DNA of 51,602 nt. Source: Kiritimatiellia bacterium (GTDB lineage Bacteria; Verrucomicrobiota; Kiritimatiellia; RFP12; UBA1067). The stretch lies in NCBI GenBank assembly GCA_018399555.1, contig JAGYOL010000003.1, positions 1 to 51,602 on the forward strand. Direction: 5' to 3'. The translations under genes and the position numbers were made by a program. Position 1 is the first letter of the stretch; every line of letters starts with the position of its first letter. The notes beneath the pieces were generated by a model. The model made no database searches, was not told where the DNA came from, and saw only the letters and a list, made by a program, of their open reading frames with translations. Shown one piece after another: positions 36,653 to 45,843 of this stretch.

Positions 36653-38908
36653 ATGCGCGTTATAGCCCTGATTCTCTATCTTGCATTTGTACTTGCTTTG
36701 AGAGCCGAGCAACCTAACGTTGTTCTGATACTGGCCGATGATTACGGCTGGGTCGACGCAACGTTCACCGGCAGCAGATATTACAAAACCCCCAATTTGG
36801 ATCGGCTGGCTGCGGAGGGGACCTACTTTTCCAATGCCTACAGTGCCAGTCCGCTCTGTTCACCCACACGTTCGAGCATCATGACGGGCCAGAGTCCGGC
36901 CCGCACGGGATTGACCGCTCCCGTCTGTCACCTCGACAAGCTTGTTCTGGAGCCGAATTGCCGTGATAAATCGAAACCGACGGAACGTCAGGTTAACTGT
37001 GAGAGCATCACCCGCCTGCCGACTGAACATTTCACTCTGGCGGAGGCGCTGAAAGAGGGCGGTTATGTGACGGGTCATTTCGGCAAATGGCATTTGGGTG
37101 CCGAGCCTTATTCGCCGCTTGAGCACGGCTTTGATGTCGATGTGCCGCACTGGCCGGGACCGGGGCCGGCGGGCAGCTTTGTGGCACCCTGGAAGTTTCC
37201 TGATTTTAAAGAGCGTTATCCGCAGGAGCACATTGAGGATCGCATGGGTGATGAGGCGGTCAGCTTTATCGAAAAACACAAGGGCCGGCCTTTTTATCTG
37301 AACTACTGGCAGTTTTCCGTGCATGCTCCGTTCGATGCCAAAGCGAAGTTGATTGAGCATTACCGTAAAACCCGCGATCCTCGGAATCCGCAGCAGAGTC
37401 CCACCTATGCAGCCATGGTGCACTCGCTCGATGATAATGTGGGCAAGATTCTTGATGCGCTCAAAAGGCTTGGCCTTGAAAAAAACACCGTTGTGATCTT
37501 CTATTCGGATAATGGCGGCAATATGTATGATCTTGTTGATGAAAACACCGCCACCAGCAACCGCCCTCTGCGGGGTGGCAAGGCTACAATCTACGAGGGC
37601 GGAATCAGAATACCGGCGATAGTGAAATGGCCGGGGGTGGTGAAAGGCGGCACAGTCAATCAGGCACTGGTGCAGAGCGAAGACCTTTACCCCACCATTC
37701 TGGAGATTGCCGGGTTGCCGTCGCGACCTGAGCAGGCGTTGGATGCGGTAAGTATGGTGCCGGCTCTAAAAACCGGCAATGGTGCGCGTGACGCTGTGTA
37801 CTGTTACTTTCCGCACTCTCCGGCTGTGCCGGATTGGTCTCCACCCTCGGTCTGCGTAAGACAGGGTGACTGGAAACTGATCCGGCTTTTTCATGACAGC
37901 GACACCGGCGACCGTTTTGAACTGTACAATCTGAAAGATGATATCGGAGAGCGCAACAATCTGGCTGCGCAGCAGCCTGAACGCATTCGTGCAATGAATG
38001 CGCTGCTGAACAAATTCCTGCAGCGTACCGGTGCTCTGACGCCCAGAAAGAATTCACAGTATGATCCTGAAGCGGTGGATAGAACCGGAGGCTGGAAAGC
38101 GGTGCCGGGATCAAGACTCAATCCCACAAAAAACATGTTTCATCTGCGCTCTTTCAGCCGTAATCCCGGATTGGTCTGTGAGAAACGGTTGAATCTGACG
38201 CCTGGCCGGTACACCTTGAAAATGCGTATCCGTTCCTGGGCCGAGGGTTCTGCACGGTTATTCTGGGCCGCATCGGAGGACTCCTTTAATGCCGCTGACT
38301 CGGTCGGTATCGATTTTACGCACAACGGTCTCTGGCATGAGTGCACCGTGCCGTTCGATATAGAGAGGCCGGTGGAATTTCTGCGCATCAATCCAGCCTC
38401 CGGCGAGGGATCGACTTATATCTCCAGCATAGAATTGATGGATAGCTCGGGCAAGGTGAGGGAGAGCTGGGATAAGGCGAAGGTCGCGTCAAAAGCGGTG
38501 AATGTCGGCGGGTGGAGTAGCGGTTTTGATGATCAGGCCCACATAAGCGGCGGCAAGGAAACCTTGGTGATAAAATCCGTCGGCAAGGATCCTAAGCTGA
38601 TAAGCAGGCAGCTTAAAATACCGCCGGGTGAATATGTTTTCGCGCTGAGGATAAAATCCGCCGCCGGGGGCGGAGGATTGGTTTTTACGCGTTCTGCCGC
38701 CCGAGGGTTTGAACGCGGCAGCGGCACACCTTTTGAGCTGCGGCATGACAACCGGTGGCAGGAGATTGAGGTCAGAATGCGAAGCGAGGAAGAGATCAAT
38801 CAGATACGGCTGGATCCGTGTACGGAAGAGGGAGTGCAGGAGATTGACTGGATCAGACTCTCCAGACCCGACGGCAAACTGGTGCGCGAGTGGAATTTTG
38901 ATAAGTAA
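36653..38908 (+). CDS. Secreted formylglycine-type (S1) sulfatase with two tandem C-terminal beta-sandwich modules
   Basis: Signal peptide; PNVVLILADDYG, CSPTRSSIMTG (CxPxR), GKWHLG, SDNGG and KATIYEGGIRIP motifs. Confidence 0.95.
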   Translation: MRVIALILYLAFVLALRAEQPNVVLILADDYGWVDATFTGSRYYKTPNLDRLAAEGTYFSNAYSASPLCSPTRSSIMTGQSPARTGLTAPVCHLDKLVLEPNCRDKSKPTERQVNCESITRLPTEHFTLAEALKEGGYVTGHFGKWHLGAEPYSPLEHGFDVDVPHWPGPGPAGSFVAPWKFPDFKERYPQEHIEDRMGDEAVSFIEKHKGRPFYLNYWQFSVHAPFDAKAKLIEHYRKTRDPRNPQQSPTYAAMVHSLDDNVGKILDALKRLGLEKNTVVIFYSDNGGNMYDLVDENTATSNRPLRGGKATIYEGGIRIPAIVKWPGVVKGGTVNQALVQSEDLYPTILEIAGLPSRPEQALDAVSMVPALKTGNGARDAVYCYFPHSPAVPDWSPPSVCVRQGDWKLIRLFHDSDTGDRFELYNLKDDIGERNNLAAQQPERIRAMNALLNKFLQRTGALTPRKNSQYDPEAVDRTGGWKAVPGSRLNPTKNMFHLRSFSRNPGLVCEKRLNLTPGRYTLKMRIRSWAEGSARLFWAASEDSFNAADSVGIDFTHNGLWHECTVPFDIERPVEFLRINPASGEGSTYISSIELMDSSGKVRESWDKAKVASKAVNVGGWSSGFDDQAHISGGKETLVIKSVGKDPKLISRQLKIPPGEYVFALRIKSAAGGGGLVFTRSAARGFERGSGTPFELRHDNRWQEIEVRMRSEEEINQIRLDPCTEEGVQEIDWIRLSRPDGKLVREWNFDK

Positions 38909-39000
38909 GCTGGTGACCGAATAATTTTAATCCGTGATTGCGGGAATTGCGCATGTGGCGCTTCTAACTGAGTCGGAAATGTAAACAAGGAGTATGTAAC

Positions 39001-40371
39001 ATGAACATAGAGAAAATCAGAAATCTTACGCGTCGTAATTTTGTGAAATCGGCGTCGGTTGGCGCATCAATTGCGGCTCTGCCGGAGATACTCAAGGCCC
39101 AGCAGGCCCCTTCCCAGAATGTGGCGGGTGCCAACAACCGGATCAACGTGGCCTGTGTCGGTTACTCCGATCGTTTTCGCGGTGCACTGCTGCCTTCATT
39201 TATCAAGTGTCGCGAAGAGCTGAATTTCGATATGGTGGCTCTAGCAGATCTGTGGAGCCAGCGCCGTGAGGAGGGCAAAGCCGCTATCGAGAAGAATATC
39301 GGACATGGCATCGATGTTTACAAGAGTGATGAAGAGCTCTATGAAAAAGCAAAAAATGTGGATGCCGTTATTATCTCTACCGCTGATTTTCAACACGCGA
39401 TGCACACAGTCCACGCTGTCAAAGCAGGCAAGGATTCCTACACCGAAAAACCGATGGCGGAGGATATGAAGGCTGCCAACGCTGTTCTCGATGCGGTCAA
39501 TGAGGCTCGCAGGGACGGTAACCGCGGTGGTGCGGTTGTGCAGGTCGGGTCGCAACGCCGCAGTGGAAAAGCTTATCACGTCGCCAATGAATACATTCGA
39601 TCGGGTAAATTCGGCGACATAAGCTATGTTGATTTATGCTGGAATGTCAATCAGCCGAAGCGCTGGCGGCGCGGCAATCTGCCCTCGCAGCTCAAGGAGT
39701 CCGATACCGATTGGAAAAAGTGGCTGCTTGATCGTCCTAAGGTGCCGTTTGATCCGCGCAAATATCTTGAGTTCCGCCTGTTCTGGCCCTACTCATCCGG
39801 CATACCGGGACAGTGGATGTGCCATCAGATCGACACCGTGGCCTGGTTCACCGGTTTCAAATATCCGCGCTCCGCTATGGCTGACGGCGGTCTTTATGTC
39901 TGGAAGGATGGACGACAGAGCGCAGACACCTTCACAGCGGTCTTTGAATACGGACCCGATGATGAGCCTGATAAGGGTTTTCAGGTGGTTTTCAGTTCGC
40001 GTCAGCACAATTCAGCGCGGGGCAATGTTGAAAAATATTATTCGCCCGGTGGAACGATTGATCTGATCAGGGGCACGGTTTCGAATGAGGGAGTTGAAAG
40101 GGTGAAACATAAGAGCACCAAACTTTCGGATTCGGAGGCTGCTTCGACAGCGGCAGATACCGGTGCCGGCAGTATGGAGGTTGCCCACATGCGTAACTGG
40201 ATGGAGTGCGTGCGCTCGCGCAGACAGCCGAACGCGCCGGTGGAAGCTGGCTACAGTCATGCGGTGGCACTGATCATGTCTAACGCCTCCATGCGTTCCG
40301 GAATGAAGGCTACTTTCGACCAGGTTGCCCGTCAAGTGAAAGTCGGAGGCAAGGTCTTTGTCGGATATTAA
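39001..40371 (+). CDS. Tat-exported Gfo/Idh/MocA oxidoreductase
   Basis: TRRNFVK Tat signal; DAVIISTADFQH, EKPM, QVGSQRRS and HQID motifs. Confidence 0.9.
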   Translation: MNIEKIRNLTRRNFVKSASVGASIAALPEILKAQQAPSQNVAGANNRINVACVGYSDRFRGALLPSFIKCREELNFDMVALADLWSQRREEGKAAIEKNIGHGIDVYKSDEELYEKAKNVDAVIISTADFQHAMHTVHAVKAGKDSYTEKPMAEDMKAANAVLDAVNEARRDGNRGGAVVQVGSQRRSGKAYHVANEYIRSGKFGDISYVDLCWNVNQPKRWRRGNLPSQLKESDTDWKKWLLDRPKVPFDPRKYLEFRLFWPYSSGIPGQWMCHQIDTVAWFTGFKYPRSAMADGGLYVWKDGRQSADTFTAVFEYGPDDEPDKGFQVVFSSRQHNSARGNVEKYYSPGGTIDLIRGTVSNEGVERVKHKSTKLSDSEAASTAADTGAGSMEVAHMRNWMECVRSRRQPNAPVEAGYSHAVALIMSNASMRSGMKATFDQVARQVKVGGKVFVGY

Positions 40372-40485
40372 GATACGATTGTGTAAATCAGGAAGCGGCG
40401 TAAATGCTGTGTATGATGAGCCGCCGCTTCCGGTTAACTTCGAAGCGGCGGGAGCAGGTTCTACATGAAAGAGAGAGATTTAACA

Positions 40486-41373
40486 ATGCAGATCAGACGC
40501 AGAACATTTGTAAAAAGATGCACAGCCGCCGCAATTACCGGCTGTGCCAGCGGTTTATCGGCGGCAGCGGTTAATACCGAAAGTCGAATCATGCTCGGCA
40601 TATGCTCTTCACCAGGGCGGGCAGCCCAGTTGAAGGAGGCCGGTTTTGAGTATATCGAGAGTGGGGTTTCTGCGGTTCTCAAGCCTGATATTTCGGATTC
40701 AGATTATGCGCGGATGCTTGAAAAGCTTAAAGAGAGCGCACTGCCGATTTACTCTTGCAACGGATTCATTCCCGGAAAGTATCGCCTGACAGGCGATAAA
40801 ACCACGCATGATGATGCTTTAAAGTACGCTGTAACGGCTTGTCGGCGTGCCGATATGCTGGGTGTTTCATTCATAGTTTTCGGCAGCGGCGTGGCACGCC
40901 GGATTCCGGATGGGTTTGATGCCGGTCGCGCCAGAGCTCAGTTCATCGAATTCTGTCGGAAACTGGGTGAAAGCATCAGTGATTTGAAGGTCACGGTTGT
41001 GTTGGAACCGCTCAACAGGGGCGAGACCAATCTGCTCAATTCCGTGGGTGAAGGGATTGAATATGTTGACGCGATCAATCAGCCGCGAATCCGGCTGCTG
41101 GCTGATTTCTACCATATGATGCGTGAAGAAGAAAAACCGGATGCCATCCGCTCCGCCGGCGATCGGATTTTACACTGCCATATCGCCGAACTTGAGGGGC
41201 GCAGCGCGCCGGGTACGCATGGTGAGGACCTTGGCGGCTACTTCAAGGCGCTCAAAGATATCAATTACTCCGGTGGAGTCTCATGTGAGTGTCGCTGGCC
41301 AAAAGACAATGTGGAGGAAGCCTGGAGAAAAGCGGTTAAAATCATGCGTACGCAGATCGCATCAGTCGATTGA
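40486..41373 (+). CDS. Tat-exported sugar phosphate isomerase/epimerase-like TIM barrel (AP endonuclease 2 fold)
   Basis: RRRTFVK Tat signal; LEPLNRGE, ADFYHM, HCHIAE and SCE metal ligands. Alternative start 40465. Confidence 0.88.
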   Translation: MQIRRRTFVKRCTAAAITGCASGLSAAAVNTESRIMLGICSSPGRAAQLKEAGFEYIESGVSAVLKPDISDSDYARMLEKLKESALPIYSCNGFIPGKYRLTGDKTTHDDALKYAVTACRRADMLGVSFIVFGSGVARRIPDGFDAGRARAQFIEFCRKLGESISDLKVTVVLEPLNRGETNLLNSVGEGIEYVDAINQPRIRLLADFYHMMREEEKPDAIRSAGDRILHCHIAELEGRSAPGTHGEDLGGYFKALKDINYSGGVSCECRWPKDNVEEAWRKAVKIMRTQIASVD

Positions 41374-41393
41374 GCAAAATCAGGTATTCAAAC

Positions 41394-42107
41394 TCAATTA
41401 CGATTGATTCGTATCAGTTTTACGGCCTGCTCCGCAAAACGTTGCCCCAGAGTCCTGTAACCGTCAACCGAAAGATGCAGATCGTCTTTAATCTGTGCGC
41501 CCTTGTTGTTGGTGCCGTCGTTCAGATCATCGGTATTGATCCAGGCCGCCAGCGCATAGCTTTTCGTAAATGCAACCTGCGCTTCACGGATTTTTGTCCA
41601 ATGCGGATAGCGTTTGTTCTGCATGTCGAAATCGCTGATACGTCCGATAATAAAGTTGATGTCATCCCGTTTAAAATCGCTCTGCAGTTGTGCGAGCAGA
41701 CCTTGCAGACTTGCGGCGTATATATCGCCGTACTGCTCTCGCGCGTCGCGTTCACCCTGCATCCAGACAAAGGTGATAGTTTTGAATTGCAGTGTCTGAT
41801 CTAGCTCTTTAACTTTTGCCAGCAGACGGTCATACATATCGCCGACAATCTTTGGCGCTTCACCTTGCGGTGATTTCCATTTCTTGTACCAGCGGGAGAT
41901 CGGCTGCCCGCCGCGGGCTTCTTTAACGATAATCACATTCTCTTTGCCGAATGCGCTTTCAACTGCCGGAATAAATGATATTTCAGGGTCAAGACCGGCC
42001 ATATTCGATTGTCCGGAAAGCATAAACAGATGCTTGCCATTGCTCTGTGCAATGCTTGAAAGCGCTGTGCTGAAAATGACTAAAACGGCAGTAATGAGTC
42101 TGTGCAT
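41394..42107 (-). CDS. Secreted SGNH carbohydrate acetylesterase (SASA/CE6-like)
   Basis: Signal peptide; SGQSNM, WMQGERD and DDLH catalytic blocks. Confidence 0.9.
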   Translation of the reverse strand: MHRLITAVLVIFSTALSSIAQSNGKHLFMLSGQSNMAGLDPEISFIPAVESAFGKENVIIVKEARGGQPISRWYKKWKSPQGEAPKIVGDMYDRLLAKVKELDQTLQFKTITFVWMQGERDAREQYGDIYAASLQGLLAQLQSDFKRDDINFIIGRISDFDMQNKRYPHWTKIREAQVAFTKSYALAAWINTDDLNDGTNNKGAQIKDDLHLSVDGYRTLGQRFAEQAVKLIRINRN

Positions 42108-42179
42108 CTTTATTCTCCTTTTTTTTCATTGTTAGGTCACTGAGTGTGATTTAGGGGTTGTTAGGGTGGAGGGTGGGAA

Positions 42180-42202
42180 GCGGGTGAGGTCACCTGCCCT
42201 AC
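42180..42202 (-). repeat. GTAG-type REP palindrome
   Basis: Minus strand reads GTAGG-GCAGGTGA-CC-TCACCCGC, i.e. a GTAG tetranucleotide followed by an imperfect palindrome. Confidence 0.6.
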
Positions 42203-42261
42203 AGTTATAGATTATTGCGACGACACAGTCGACGCAATGGCGAGGGTAAAAAAGAGAGAAA

Positions 42262-42447
42262 TCCTTCCCTCCAACTCCCTAACTCTCCTCAACCTCCCTC
42301 TTCCCACGTCAACCTCTTCAACCCTGAAACCTTTAAACCTTAAACTCTCCCACACTCGCGCACTTTAGAACTTCCCCACTTCCTACGTTCCACATTCCAC
42401 TTCCCACAACTCTTCCCCATGCTCCATGCGCTCTGACCTCCTCAACT
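42262..42447. repeat. Pyrimidine-rich, G-poor low-complexity tract of degenerate 7-mer micro-repeats
   Basis: Contains AAACCTT TAAACCT TAAACT, TTCCACA TTCCACT and CCATGCT CCATGCG units; almost no G on the + strand. Confidence 0.75.
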
Positions 42448-42534
42448 TGCAGAATTTGAGAATGAAAAGGATTGTTTTGGTCAGATTCAATTTCAGCCTC
42501 TTAAACTTCTGCAACAACTACTTTGCACCGCATT

Positions 42535-43407
42535 TCAAGTCAAGGTAATCTGAATGCCAAGCCGCTCCAGTTTGTCTAAAAACTCCTTGGCTTCAAGAAT
42601 AGGCTTAACGTCAGCACCTTCGCCTTTGAGCCACTTGATCGCCCTCAGCCGCGTAATAACCGCGGCTTGATCTCCGGCATACAGTAATGTCAGCAGCTCC
42701 TGTTCTGTCTGTGAGAAGGTAAGGGAATTCATGCGGTACTCTAAAAAGGCCTCCCAGACCATCGGCACCCATTGACTGACAATTTTTTCGCCGATTGTGC
42801 GGGCGTATTCTCTGATCTCATATTGTGCGTGTTCTTCCATACGCAGCTCAAGGAAGTGCAGCAGATTGCTGAGATCAATCTTCCAGTAGGCCTCGGTGTA
42901 GGTTGCAAGCGGCAAATCTTTACGGGCCTGTTCGCGGGCGACTCCTGCTTCCAGACGGGCGTTGTACTCATCACGACACAACTTGTGCAGTTCCGCCTCC
43001 CGCGCGCTGAGTGTCGCTCCCGTTGCTTCATCAAAGAAGCCTTCACTGCCCTGCCGATTGCTGGCGGACTGCATCCGCCACTCACCCTGCGGTGTACTCT
43101 GCGCTGAATCAATTGCGATTGAATAGCGGGTTGAGTACTCGTTGATGTTGGCGGTGCGATGACGTACCCATTGCCGCCAGCAATCCATCGGCACTCTTAA
43201 ATGAAGTTTGACTTCACACATTTCAAAGGGGGATGTGTGTTTATGTCGCAGGAGATAACGAATTAAGGCGCGATCTTCCGAAACTTTTTTTGTGCCGGCA
43301 CCGTAAGAGACCCGCGCCGCTTGAACAACTGACGAATCATCACCCATTGTATCAACAACCCGCACAAAACCGTCATCAAGTACCTTAAAACTATTTTCAT
43401 TTTTCAT
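42535..43407 (-). CDS. thyX: FAD-dependent thymidylate synthase
   Basis: AARVSY, HTSPFE, RQWVRHRTANINEYSTRY (RHRx7S), REQAR..LP and HAQYEIR motifs. Confidence 0.97.
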   Translation of the reverse strand: MKNENSFKVLDDGFVRVVDTMGDDSSVVQAARVSYGAGTKKVSEDRALIRYLLRHKHTSPFEMCEVKLHLRVPMDCWRQWVRHRTANINEYSTRYSIAIDSAQSTPQGEWRMQSASNRQGSEGFFDEATGATLSAREAELHKLCRDEYNARLEAGVAREQARKDLPLATYTEAYWKIDLSNLLHFLELRMEEHAQYEIREYARTIGEKIVSQWVPMVWEAFLEYRMNSLTFSQTEQELLTLLYAGDQAAVITRLRAIKWLKGEGADVKPILEAKEFLDKLERLGIQITLT

Positions 43408-43425
43408 GAAATCACTCCTGCTTCA

Positions 43426-45486
43426 TTATTTCAAAGTTTCTGCCACCTCGTCCGGGGGGGCCTGCAAAAGGGTAATTTTTGCCTCCGGTCTGCCGATGAG
43501 ATCATCATCGGACTCATAAGTGTAGCGAACTTCCATGTTGTCGTCAACCTGCGCCAGTGTCGGCAGAGAGTCGTAATCATCGCTTTGGTCTCCGTGATAT
43601 CGCTTGATATATTGAATGCGGCGGGCTTTCACGGCGCGTCCCTGTTGATCATAGGCTGTTGCCAGATCACCGTAGGCTGTGAACGACTGCGGTTCGCGGC
43701 GCGCTCTGAATCTCTGCCACCCGATTATACGCCCCGTCCGGTCATGTTTGAAAACATCCTTCCAGTCGCGATTCGGGCTCAACAGCGGATCGGTGTACGG
43801 GGTGGTGCTGCGACGGTAATCGATAGAGAGAAGTCTGCCTTGTGCGTCATATGAGCGTCGCTCGTTCCCGGGGAAGTAGATGCTCAGGATGGCGGGTGCC
43901 GATAAATTTGTCGGCTCGCCGGCAAAAAAGCCGATATCGACACGTATTGTGCTGATAGAAAAATCCTGGCTGACCGCTGTTTCAAAGGGCGTGTGATGCA
44001 TAACTTCGATCAGCCAGACCTGTCGCTCCCGTGGATCGGCCTTAATCCTGATCTTTGCGGCCTCACCCTGTAATAAAACAGCATGGGTCGGTGCATCTTC
44101 ATCGTCACTCAAAATTTTGACTCTGTATGTTCGTTTTTGAGGAAAGGCTCTGAAAACCCTGGCTACTGCCAGAGGAGTGGTGAAAAGCGATTCGTTGTAA
44201 ATCATGTCGGGCATGTCCAGTGCCGGATTAAGATTGCTGAGATCTTCAAACTGCAACACAGCCAGCGGCGGTATCTCGTTAGTACTCAGAGTCGAGGCCG
44301 ATGCAAGTAGACGCTCTTTGTCGAGAGCCTCCGCTCGGAAGGCTGCGGGATGGGCCTTGCCGCTCAGATAATCATTGATAGTTTCAACGCCGTGCTGTGA
44401 CTTTCTCAGCAGTGCCAGGATGGTCGTCATGACTTTGCCGTGCCTGGTCAAGTAAACTCTGGTCTCCGCGGGCATGGCGCAGAATGCGTCAATTACGGCC
44501 TCCGTAAAAATATTTTCCGATCCGGAACCGCCGCTGACAGCGATATAATAGGGGGTGTTGGCCGGGAAGAGATCGTATTGCCCGATTGTGTAGTCGCGGT
44601 AGGTAGGATAGCAGAACAGCTGGTTGGAAAGCAGCATGGTCATTTGTGAACCGATCATCTCGGGATCATTGAAAAGCGCACGCGGCTGGCAGCGCCAGTA
44701 GGCGGAGTTGACGAAACCCAGTGATGAATTACCGGCCACCGGTACCGTGCAACCATCGGTTCCGTCGATGAAAATTGTGTTGGGCAGTCCGAGATTAAGT
44801 CTGCGTTCGACAACATCTTTGGAGTAAGTCAGGCGCAGCACTCCGGGACGCTGAGTCAAATCAGGTATGGTGCAGTTGTTGTCGCGGTTGGCATAGATCA
44901 TTATCGGATCGTCTGAATCCGTCTTTTTAAGAGGTCGATTGTTTTTTTCAGGTTCTGCCAAAATCACAAATGTGTGGAATTTTCCTGTATTGAAACTCCA
45001 GATTGAATTGGTGGAGGACTGCTCGATGGATGCGGCGGTAGTGGGAGCGAGTGCCATAACCCGGCGTACAGCACTGTTGGTGCGGGCAGGATCGGTCAGG
45101 TTCCGCTGTGTCTTTTCAACGAGTTTACGATAGTCGTCGCGTTTGCGCAGGCCGGTCAGATCCGGATCTTCCTGAAGGTGTTGCAGATCGTCAAAACCGA
45201 GGTTTAAAGCTTGCTCCAAAGCATCGATCGCCTCTTCCGGATTATCCTGCAGGGTCAGGGCACAGGCCAGATTGTAGTGCCAGAGTGCGCCGGCGGTGCG
45301 CAGATTGATGCCGCGGTGACAGAGCGTGCCCATTGCGTAGTAATCTTGTTGCGAATGAGCGTCGTTCATCAGCACCAGCAATTTGATGTGTTGTGCATGA
45401 AACTTCGGCATATCAAAGACAAAGCGGTCGGTGTAGGCTTCGGCTGATACCAGCAGCGGCAGCAGGATGAAAAGAAAATATTTCAT
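43426..45486 (-). CDS. Exported hypothetical protein with an N-terminal TPR region
   Basis: Signal peptide; HYNLACAL...AIDALEQALNLGF...DPDL..LR TPR-end motif; remainder unrecognised. Overlaps the yggU stop by 4 nt. Confidence 0.75.
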   Translation of the reverse strand: MKYFLFILLPLLVSAEAYTDRFVFDMPKFHAQHIKLLVLMNDAHSQQDYYAMGTLCHRGINLRTAGALWHYNLACALTLQDNPEEAIDALEQALNLGFDDLQHLQEDPDLTGLRKRDDYRKLVEKTQRNLTDPARTNSAVRRVMALAPTTAASIEQSSTNSIWSFNTGKFHTFVILAEPEKNNRPLKKTDSDDPIMIYANRDNNCTIPDLTQRPGVLRLTYSKDVVERRLNLGLPNTIFIDGTDGCTVPVAGNSSLGFVNSAYWRCQPRALFNDPEMIGSQMTMLLSNQLFCYPTYRDYTIGQYDLFPANTPYYIAVSGGSGSENIFTEAVIDAFCAMPAETRVYLTRHGKVMTTILALLRKSQHGVETINDYLSGKAHPAAFRAEALDKERLLASASTLSTNEIPPLAVLQFEDLSNLNPALDMPDMIYNESLFTTPLAVARVFRAFPQKRTYRVKILSDDEDAPTHAVLLQGEAAKIRIKADPRERQVWLIEVMHHTPFETAVSQDFSISTIRVDIGFFAGEPTNLSAPAILSIYFPGNERRSYDAQGRLLSIDYRRSTTPYTDPLLSPNRDWKDVFKHDRTGRIIGWQRFRARREPQSFTAYGDLATAYDQQGRAVKARRIQYIKRYHGDQSDDYDSLPTLAQVDDNMEVRYTYESDDDLIGRPEAKITLLQAPPDEVAETLK

Positions 45487-45815
45487 AAACTGTTATTCAG
45501 CGTCCGGGTTATCTTTTCCAAAGCCTCTGAGGGTTTTGTGCAGCGGATCCCGAGAGATTTAAGACGCGATCTCTCTCCTGATTCAATTGATATATCGCAT
45601 TTCGGCAGTTTGAGCAGTTTGGCAAAAAGTCCGATCAGCTCTCTGTTGGCCTGACCTTCAACCGGTGGGGCTTTCAGTCGAACCTTGAGTCTTCCTCCTT
45701 CACAACCGATCAATGCCGAGCGGGATGAGCGCGGTATGATTTTCAGTTGGAGCCTGAGGTGTTCAGAGCGGCAGGACAGCCACTCCGGCAGTTTCGCATG
45801 GTTGTCGGGTTTCAT
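45483..45815 (-). CDS. yggU: DUF167/YggU family protein
   Basis: LKVRLKAPPVEGQANRELI..FAK and SGERSRLK motifs. Confidence 0.9.
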   Translation of the reverse strand: MKPDNHAKLPEWLSCRSEHLRLQLKIIPRSSRSALIGCEGGRLKVRLKAPPVEGQANRELIGLFAKLLKLPKCDISIESGERSRLKSLGIRCTKPSEALEKITRTLNNSL

Positions 45816-45843
45816 CTGTTGCTGTCAGAGGGTTAGCGTGATT

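Noticed and set aside
36143-36712. 189-aa ORF as an intact gene
   Set aside because: It overlaps yicC and the sulfatase in antisense. Only the central 64 codons look protein-like, so it is treated as an hsdM remnant.
42262-42447. CRISPR array or telomere-like repeat
   Set aside because: There is no constant repeat-spacer periodicity and no cas gene; the units change along the tract.
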